The notes under the pieces: generated by a model
What the model was told of the DNA's origin: nothing
The model's database searches: none
Seen by the model: the letters and a program-made list of their open reading frames with translations, nothing else
Made by a program: the position numbers and the translations under genes
Shown: one piece after another, positions 51,901 to 64,000 of the stretch
Position numbering within the stretch: the first letter of the stretch is position 1
How the letters are laid out: each line of letters opens with the position of its first letter
Assembly: GCA_051294375.1 (NCBI GenBank)
Contig: CM119267.1
Span: 1,061,601-1,125,600, forward strand
DNA length: 64,000 nt
Reading direction: 5' to 3'
Source of the DNA: Paraspadella gotoi
Lineage: Eukaryota; Animalia; Chaetognatha

Positions 51901-54900
51901 GTGGGTAGGAAAGTGTGTGATAAAGCTGGATATAAAGTTTCGACGGAATCGTGTAAGTGGAAATGAGTTTAAGTGGAAAAAACATAAGTCGCATTTACTA
52001 AATCTTTTTACTTATTTTAACCAATAAGTACTCTAATTAATCATAATTGGATGGATAGATTGAGTTCAAATTTTTGTGTGGGTAGAAAAAATGTGTATCG
52101 ATGCTTGATATATGATTTGGGGGAAACGATCAAGTGGAAATGAGTTTAAATGAAAAAAATATGAGGCACATTCACTTGTTTTACTTTTATTTTAACCCAT
52201 AATAGATTGAGATGAAATTTTGTGAGCTGGTAGGAAAGTGTGTGAAAAAGCTAGATATAAAGTTTTGACGGAATTGTGCCAGTGGAAATGAGTTTAAATG
52301 AAAACCTTAAGTCACATTTACTTGAAGCAGAAAAATGATACAAGTTAAAAAAATCCTAAAAGCATAAGGATCGTCGCAATTGCAAAGAGAGAGAGAGAGA
52401 GAGAGAGAGACAGTAAAATGAGCATAAGGATCGTCGCAATTCTATCATGTTGCTCCTCTCCACCACGCCAATGCTCTTTTGTTCCAGATGTCGTGTGTCC
52501 ACAAGAAAGACAAAAGAGAAAGCAGAAGGAGTAGACTCCTCCTCCTCCTGCTCCTCTCCTCCTCTTCCTCCTCTCAGCTCCATCTTTCGGATGCATCGGA
52601 AGGGAAAATCACTTTTTGTTTCACGACCACGTGTTCACTGGTTTTTCTAGGAAGTTATATTTTTGCGTTATTTTTTGCATTGTCTGCATTATTTTTGCAT
52701 TATTTTGGATTGTAAAATTTTTTGAATATTTTTCAGCGTTTCAGTTTTTCTGAATACTGGTTTTTTTTTTGCGAAATTTCTTTTCGTATTGTCGGTTTTG
52801 ATCCATCTTATGTCTGAGACTCGCGGATCAGAGTCGAGCCGCGCTTTTTAGCGGCGAAAGCGAGCGGGCACTTCGTCCTCTTCAAAGGGACTGGCCCAGG
52901 AGCCGTTCATGGACGTGAGCTGTCTCCTCCTCCTCCACCTCCCGGACCGGCTCCCGCATCTCCGCTCAGTAAGCGAGATCGGCCCGGTAGGGCGCCGCCG
53001 GGTTTCTCTTCGTCGCCGTCTGGGCGATCAAGAGATCGAATGCATCGTCTTATTCTTCGGGTATGGTGGCTTGGGGGCAGATAAGGTGCTTGGGAAGTCC
53101 CGGCTAGTAGCCTAGAAACGAATCAGCTCGAGTCATCCATCTGGTTTTTTCTATTGTGGCAACAACAGTTGGAGGCCTTTCAAAGGTCGATGCGTCTGGA
53201 GATGGACTCTTTTAAACGGTACGTTTATATTTTATGATTCGTTTGAATTTTTTGCCTTTGGCGTACATTACGTGAAATTTTTTCGAAATATTTTCGCTCC
53301 ACAATTCGACTTTGTTTGTTTTTCTTCTTGCCGCTCTCGTTACAGAGCATTGGCGTGGTGGAGAGGAGCAACATGATAGAATTTATGGTCTCTAGTGGAA
53401 CCGCGGGGATTCTTCATGGCTCTCTCCACCACGCCACCGTCCCTCCCGCCGTCCACCCCTGGCACCACCGGTGGTGGAGGGCGGCTTCGAAGAGTTGTTT
53501 TTGTCTTTTTGGTGTTCTCTTCTCTAATATTTTCTCGTTTTTATTTTTACATGTACACATCTTCGTGGCTCCTGGAATCTCACGTTATGTTGCTGTATTC
53601 TCCATCTTCGCTGATTTCGTTTCTAGACGTCATGCCCCTGCTGTATTTCCCGGGGTCGACCTTGCTACCCCGGCTTTCCCCAAGTCGGCGCCGACCTGTG
53701 TTCGGCCGAATGCTTCCTTATACGACTCACCAGACTTGGATGTTTCTGGTTCGGAGGAAGATGAGACTCGAGTCTATTTCTGATGCTACAGTTTTTGATA
53801 CCTTTTTTGATTGGACTTGTCAACAATGGAGAGAGTTCCGTTCTATTGACGGTGCGTGGCGAGCTCAAGAGGGATGGGAGCCTGGTCAAGGGCGCTCTGT
53901 ATTCGCTAGATGGTGATGGTGCTTCTCCACCAGAATTTGGACCTCCCGCAAAGACAGTTGCTTGTCTGCGCAGTTCGATGCTGTTGTAAAGACCGCAAAT
54001 CGGCCTCTATTTACAAACAAGCAGTGCGGTCCATGAGAGATGCTGGTGCCGTTGCGCACTCTGTATTGCATACAGCGGATGGATTGCGTCATATTTGTCA
54101 ATTCTCTCAGAGCTTCCGATGCGGATCCCGAGCTCATGGCTGATCTGGAGGCCTTGGCGGCCCCTCTCAAGGATCTGCGACATGTTGGCTTCCTCTTCAA
54201 CGCAGCCTTGGTTGAAGCTCGGCGTTCCATTATCCAGTCAGCTCCCAAAGAACTCAAACCCACTCTTTCGGATGCGGGTCCTTCGGCGGGGTTCTTTTTG
54301 GAAATCGCGCTACAGATGTTACTGCTGCGATCCACTCTTCTCTGTTCAAGAGTCAAGCCTCTCGACCTAAGACCTATTTCCAAGATTCTAGGAAGCGTTA
54401 CAACCCCAGTCCCAGGGACTTTCAGAGCTGGCCGCAAGTCTACTTCCGACCAAGCGTTCGGGAAAGGGGGAGTCGGGGGCGTCAAAGGACGCCAAGTGAC
54501 TCCTCGATGCTCCAGTACGGCCGTTGCCCTCGTCCGGCCCATCAGGTTTTTCAGACCTCGGATTTGTCTCAGGACTCGATTCTCGGTTCTCCGGCCCTTC
54601 TCCCCTCTGTTCCAGTGGGGGGCAGATTACGTTTTTTCCTTCCTTTTTGGAAGAAGTTGGTGGAAAAGGATTCCCCCGTTCTTCAGAACGTTCAGGGGTT
54701 TCGCATTTCGGGCGCAAAGAGGATCCCGGTCAGGATGCCAGTTCCTTCGGACGAGACCCTTCTTTTGGAGAGAGAGATTCTCTAGTCGACGCGGAGGTTA
54801 CTGCCGCATTGGAGAAGGGGGCTAATAGAGGAGGTCCCTCCGTCTCCGGGCTTCTTTTCGAAGATTTTTTTGGTCACAAAAAAGGACGGAGGTTGGAGAC

Positions 54901-57900
54901 CCATTTTGAACCTCAAGAGGCTCAACAAGGCTTTCATTTCCCCCCTTACTTTCGCATGGAGGGGGCTCAGGACGTCCGGAAGATGCTGCGACCAGGAGAT
55001 TGGGCAGCCTCGATCGATCTCCGCGATGCTTATCTCCATCTTCCTCTGCACGAGGACCATCGCAAGTTTTGCCGTTTTATTTGGAGAGGCAAGATCTACC
55101 AGTACAAGGTTCTGCCTTTCGGTCTTGCTACAGGCCCCTGGTTGTTTACCAAGACGACTCGCCCTCTGGTGGCTTGGCTACGTGCGAGAGGGATTCGATG
55201 TCTGTTCTACATCGACGATATTCTCATTCTGGGCACGTCCATGGAGGAGTGTCTTTCCAACACCCGAGTGGCCTACAACTTCTCAAGGATGCAGGCTTCG
55301 TCATTCACCCCAAGAAGTCAAGTTTAGTCCCTGCTCAGAGCTTCGAGTTTCTGGGTCTTCTGTGGGACGGGGCGCTTCATCAGGTTGCGCTTCCCAGCGG
55401 AAGATTTCCCTCTCAGGTCTCTGGCTTCGTCCCTATTAGAAGGGACCACTCCATCAGCCCGTCAGGTTCTTCAGCTCATGGGTCATGTGGCTGCAGCCAT
55501 CCCGCGTCTCCGGTTCTCCGTTGCAGATCGACGCGGATTCAACAGGACCTCAATCTTGTTTATCATTCGGAGAGGGATTTGGAGAGAAGGGTTCTCTTCT
55601 CGGAAGGCTGCGAAGGAGGAACTTCTTTGGATTTCGACGATCGATCCAGGGGTTTGCACGACGCCGATCGACGACCTTCTTCCGGAGATGTGCTCCTTGG
55701 AAGTGACGACAGATGCCTCCATGGAGGGTTGGGGCTTTCTGTTTCGCGGAGACCTTCACAAGGAGTTTTGGGAGGATGCGGTTTGCCCCTCTCCATATAA
55801 CTGTGAAGGAGTACATGGTACTACTCAAATTCCTGCGTTCCTTCGGAGCTCAAATTTGCGACAACAATCTTCTATGGAAGACGGGACAGTCTGGTGTCCC
55901 TCGCTTGTCTCCGGCGTTGTTGCAGCCGTTCGCCAGTTCTTCACGAGATTGTGAGAGAAGTCTCTTCTCTTGGCGGATTCTCAGCGATCCGGATTGTGGG
56001 TGTTCACATTCCCTCAGAGGAGAATTTGTGTTGCGGATGCTGCTTCCCGCGGAGAGCAGTTCAAGATTGGCACTTGGATCCTCAAGTTTTTCGACGGATC
56101 GTCAGGACCTTTGGTCCCCTCAGATCGACCTTTTCGCAACGAGTTCCTCTCGTCAGGTTCCTCGCTTCTTTTCATGGAAGATGGAAAAGGAAGCGGAGGC
56201 TCTCGATGCCCTCAGTCAAGTTGGAACTTCGAGCGGGCCTTTGTCTTTCCTCCCCTCCCTCTGATCCCTCGGGTGATCCTCAAGTTGAGGGAGGCTGTGG
56301 GGAGTTCCTTTTGGTAACTCCGTTTTGGCCAGCCCAGAAGTGGTTCCGTCTCTGCTGGATCTTCATGTGTTGGAGGCGCGACGCCTCCCTTGTCTGGGTG
56401 GAGGTGGTCGACCTGGCCTTGGACGACGTTATTCGTCGCTCCTAGATCGCCTCAAGTTGGTCGTCTGGAGGATTATCGGCGGCGCACGGCACCCTCAGAC
56501 GTCAGCGATTCAGCCTTCTCTCTTATTTCCAAGAGTTGGAGAGTCTCCACTGTTTCCCGTTACGAAAGGGCTTGGAAGTCCTTCGTCTCCTTCCTTCAAG
56601 GTCGGGACCTTCGAGGAGATCAAGCTTCTGTGAAGGATGTGCTGGATTATCTCGCCCATCTTAGTGACAACAAGTTGTCCTATAGCACTATCAATTTGCA
56701 TAGATCGGCGATTTCTGCGACTCTTCCTTTGGTGGAGGGTGCTCCTATTGGTCAGCACCCATTAGTTTGCCGTTTGCTCAAAGGAGTTTTTCAGCTACGG
56801 CCTCCTTCGCGCCGGATCTACCCAGCTTGGAGTGTGGCTGCGGTTTTGCGCGTTTTTGATGTGATGCCCTTACCGTTATCACCTTATGATATTTTACGCA
56901 AGACTACGTTTCTTCTTGCATTGGCTTCCGCTAGGCGACCTTCTGAATTGGTCTCCTTGCAATGTGGTCCAGACCACATGTTTTTGGTTGAGGACCACGT
57001 ACGTTTCGTGCCCTCCAGGCTTTCCAAGACGAATCGATTCGTCATCTTGGCCCTGTTTTTCGTTTGGATCGACTGACCGGTTCTGTTAGATGCCCGGTCC
57101 TGGCCTTGCGTTCCTGGTTGTCCGTCAGACAAGCTCTGCGGCCTCAGCACGATTTTCTCTTCTCTTCCCCTGCGCCGCCTCATGGACCTTTGTCTCTCCA
57201 GCGTTTTGCCGCCCTGATCAAGTCAGTCTTTAGAGATGCGGATATCGACGCGCCTCCTGGATCTACTCGCGCTATGGCAGTGTCGGAGGCCTTCGCTAAA
57301 GGAGTGGACTTGGATGTCATCCTTCGTGCTGGAGATTGGTCAGGCGCACAGACCTTCTTTCGTTTTTATTGTCGGGAGTCGGCTTGGGGCTACTCTCAGC
57401 GGGGTCTTGTGGATGAGTGATTTTCCTTCCGATGCATCCCGAAAGATGGAGCTGAGAGGAGGAAGAGGAGGAGAGGAGCAGAGGAGGAGGAGTCTACTCC
57501 TTCTGCTTTTCTCTTTTGTCTTTCTTGTGGACACACGACATCTGGAACAAAAGAGCATTGGCGTGGTGGAGAGGAGCCATGAAGAATCCCGGTTCCACTA
57601 GGAACCATAAATTGCAAAGAGAGAAAGAGAGAGAGGAGAGAGAGAGAGAGAGAAAAAGATAGAAAGAGAGAGAGTCCGAGATAAAAATTAGCGAATAAAA
57701 AGTTGTTATTTTACTCACAGAATAAAAATACTTAAAATACTTACAAAATACATAAAATTGATAAATTATTATTCCGATAACATTGTTTAATCACATGCAA
57801 TATATCTAGTTAGGCCTAATATCTAGTAAGGCGGGCCAAAATTGAACACTTTTTATAACTTCTAGTTCTCTTTAAATTTTTTTTTTCCTTTTACTACTAA

Positions 57901-59313
57901 ATCGATTTTCAATATAACTTTTTGAATTAGTTCATTGGGTTGTTGCACTGAAGCTTTTAAATATTTATTAATATATAATAATATATAAAGTATTGACGGA
58001 ATTGTGCCAGGGGAAATGAGTTTAGATGGAAAAAACATAAGTCACATTTACTTGAATCTTTAATAATAATGATTACTAATAAATGTTTTAATTAATTAAT
58101 GAATTAATTAATTAATTAATGTGAAAAAATGATGCAAGTTAAAAAAAATCTGAAAAGCATAAAGATCGTCGCAATTGCACAAAAAGAGAGAGAGAGAGAG
58201 TGAGTGAGAGAGAGAGAGAGAGAAGGAGACATAAAATAAAATAGAGGATATTTGTTTGTTTTGATAAAATGTAAACAAAACATATTTAATAACTGTCCTA
58301 ACCCAATTTTAAGGACATCGATGATGATAAGTTGAATATAAATTTAAAATTAATTATTAATATTAAAATTAATTAATTAATTAATTAATCGATTAATTAA
58401 TTAATTAATTATCGTAGGGCAGATCCGACATTGTTTGCTCAAACTTGTTAAGAATTTAAGTTTCGCCACACTATGTTATTATTAAGGCATTAATTCACCA
58501 TGGCGTATCCAAAGTCGGGGGCAAGATAGCCGATTTATCAAATCAATGCAAATGTATTTTTTATCGGAACGATTTTACAATATGAATCCATCCATCCGTC
58601 TCTCCTCCTCAGACCCCTCCTCCCCCAAAAGGGTCTTCATCAACGTGACTTCCTCCCATTTCATCCGCTGCATCTTGACTCGAACGATGAACGTCTTCCT
58701 CGTCTTCTTTCTCCTCATCCTCGATCTCCTCACAGGATTTCGTTATCGTTTTCTTCGTCGTCGTCTTCTTCGTCATCTCACGGAAAAAGGACTCGGCCGA
58801 TTCTATTACTATACGATGCAATATTCGGGCGCCACCGTCTGCGCCGCGCTCAAGATCCTCGCTCAACCTCGGCACGCCCCGGTTCTCGTCAACTGCTTCT
58901 ACGTGAGAATATAGAGGAATAAGATGTTTTATCTTTTGCCCTTTTGGCCCGTTTCCACCGACGCCGCTTTCCCCATCCTCCAGGGCAAAGATCGAACCGG
59001 TGTGGTCGCCGCTCTTGTCCTCCACATCCTCGGCCGAAGCCGTGCTGAGATCCGCGCCGACTTCCTGGCGTCGGAGCGCGCCCTCGACGCCACTCGCGAA
59101 GCCGACCGGAAGGATATGGGAGAGTACGAGGTGGTGCTGCCCGAGTGTATCCACCACGCCGCCGTCGAGGACATCGACGATGCGTTGGACTTTCTCGTCG
59201 AGCGTCATGGATCTGTGGAGGAATATCTCGATTGGATCGGGTTTGGAGAGAATTGGAGGAGGAGAATGAGGAAGACATTGGGGGAGGAAGAAGAGGGAGA
59301 AGGGGAGGAGTGA
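48940..59313 (+). CDS. PtpB/IphP-like tyrosine or phosphoinositide phosphatase (Y_phosphatase3 family); exons 48940-49098, 49385-49577, 58613-58902, 58984-59313
   Basis: NFR...FRSA, GIRTIVDLRSPLE, P-loop PVLVNCFY|GKDRTG (CX5R), IRADFLAS, HGSVEEYLDWIG. Splice phases are consistent. Confidence 0.87.
51255..51555. repeat. 18-bp minisatellite TTGACCAAATTATGTCAG inside the HINE-like element
   Basis: More than a dozen degenerate tandem units. Confidence 0.9.
52438..57613 (+). mobile_element. DIRS-type tyrosine-recombinase retrotransposon, family B, full length
   Basis: ITRs about 52452-52613 and 57417-57577, ICR 53344-53436. RT (WAASIDLRDAYLH, LPFGLATGPWLFTK, YIDD), RNase H (TTDASMEGWG), MT-like (PQIDLFAT, TPFWPAQKWF), YR ([28 protein letters not shown]). 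Empty site GATCGTCGCAATTGCA visible at about 52369. Confidence 0.95.
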
Positions 59314-59611
59314 AGAAGGAAGAGAGAGGAGGATGAGGGAGACATTGGGGAGGAAGAAGAGGGAGAATTGAAGGAGGAAGAGAGAGGAGGAAGAAGAGAG
59401 AAGAAAGAGGGAGAAGTGAAGGAGGAAGAGAGAGGAGGAAGAAGAGGGAGGAGTGAAGGAGGAAGAGGGAGAATTGAAGGAGGAAGATAGAGGAGGATTT
59501 GGAAGACATTGGGGGGGGGAAGAGGAGGGGAGGAAGGAAGGCAGAAGCTTGCCTCACAATTAAAGTCCTGTGACGGTATATTCACAGTTGGTGACTGATT
59601 CGCGAAAAAAA

Positions 59612-59840
59612 TTATTAAATATGTTTTGTTTACGTTTTATCAAAACAAACAAATTTTCTTTCTTTGAATTTTATGTCTTTCTCTCTCTATTTTCTCTTTT
59701 AATTACATGTCTTTCTCCCTCTCTCTTTTCCCGAGTCACTGATTCATAAGAAAAAAAAAACGAGTCTGCAGCTGGCTCTGCAGGGGCTTATTCTTTATCT
59801 CTCTTTTCTCCTGCTGCTTCTGCTGCTGCCTTTTGATTTT

Positions 59841-59879
<39 letters not shown>

Positions 59880-60222
59880 GCGTTTTTATTAAAAAAAAAA
59901 ATTGAAATATGATTGAACTCGTAAAATTAGGCATCGCATTCGTGCATTTATCATTTTGCTATCGCAACATCGGGTTTTTATTTCTTTTTTTTTCTCAGGG
60001 GCTGCGTCTGCTGATTAGTTTATTTTTTGACAATGAAAATTTTTTTTTCTTTTTTTTTCAGAAACTGTAACTTTAATTTATAATTTATAAAATATAATTT
60101 TTCTTTCTGTTTATAAATTAATTTTCTTTTTTCAAATTTCATTTTTTTTAGTATAAAAATTTGTCGTCAATCCAGATATTTCTTATGCGATTGCGACGAT
60201 CCTTATGCTTTTAAGATTTTTT
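59612..60222 (-). repeat. Inverted partial copy of HINE-internal sequence
   Basis: Reverse complements of 58249-58292 (TTTGTTTGTTTTGATAAAATGTAAACAAAACATATTTAATAA) and of AAAAGCATAAGGATCGTCGCAA. Confidence 0.55.
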
Positions 60223-60906
60223 TTTCTTTTTCTATTTTCTATTGTTCATTTATTTATCTCTAATTATATGGATTATTTTTTTGTTTTTCGCTTTCTAATT
60301 TGACTCTCGTAGTTTCTTTTCTTCTCTTGTTCGCTCGTCTTTTTGTTTTTTCTTTTTTTTTTTTTGGTTCGCTAATTTGACACTCGTTGTCTTCTTTTCT
60401 GTTGTTCGTCTCTTGTTCGCCTTTTGTTCGCTCGTCTTTTTGTTCTTTTCTCTTAGTTGATTTAATTTTTTCCCTGAAGCCAATACTGAGGAGTTAATCT
60501 TTTTCATGATCGATTTGATGAGAAAATTTCGTTATTTCTTTCAATTCGCTTTTCATTATACATGTCTCATTCTAAAGATCCAATTCCATTAAATGTACCA
60601 ACTTACAAAATGTGCTAACTCGCTTAATGGATCTCTTTTTGTCAATTTTACGGTCCTTTTGTAATTTGTTACTAAAGTTTTTAAACGAAATAATCTGTGT
60701 TGGTAATTTTGGCGAATTGTTTTGGAGACAAATGGATATAAATGAATTTATTAAATATATTTCTATTTACCCCGATTTTCCAGATGTATAATTGCCGAAT
60801 TGCAAGTCGGCAACTTCTAACTTATATCTTTCTCGACTTAATTTCGTATTTATTTCTTTAAATATGGGACAACCCTAAATCAACTATGTCCGGCTTTAAA
60901 CTTTAA

Positions 60907-64000
<3,094 letters not shown>

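Larger units (their letters stand above)
50519..58449 (+). mobile_element. DINE-1/HINE-like (Helentron-associated) non-autonomous element interrupted by DIRS family B
   Basis: 5' subterminal AGTCGGATCTGC with a nearby inverted copy, (GTCY)n microsatellite 50664-50722, central tandem repeats, 3' GCAGATCCGAC at about 58419, short terminal hairpin GTTTGCTCAAAC, TT ends. Confidence 0.72.

Overview
Invertebrate metazoan genomic DNA with GC-rich exons and AT-rich or polypyrimidine introns. It has frequent 1-bp indels typical of a noisy long-read assembly and two N-gaps. On the + strand are the 3' roughly three quarters of HERC2 (1-45724, about 45 exons, cytochrome b5-like domain through HECT), a CHIC1/2 gene, a PtpB/IphP-like (Y_phosphatase3) phosphatase and the 5' part of a SIK3-like kinase. 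The introns hold two full-length DIRS tyrosine-recombinase retrotransposons and a DIRS relic, a gag-only LTR element, a 5'-truncated CRE-type LINE, a DINE-1/HINE-like element, MITEs and a SINE-like family. Two observations stand out. (1) A four-exon antisense gene interleaved with HERC2 (12396-9423) encodes a predicted 497-aa protein with a C-terminal AID/APOBEC-like deaminase domain (HCE...PC-x6-C) and a possible second, degenerate deaminase domain. (2) Both DIRS elements carry their internal complementary region near the 5' end, inside an apparent intron of the gag-like ORF, rather than at the canonical 3' position. The repeats in 18.9-23.2 kb look like an assembly artefact. All identifications are by eye; no searches were run.
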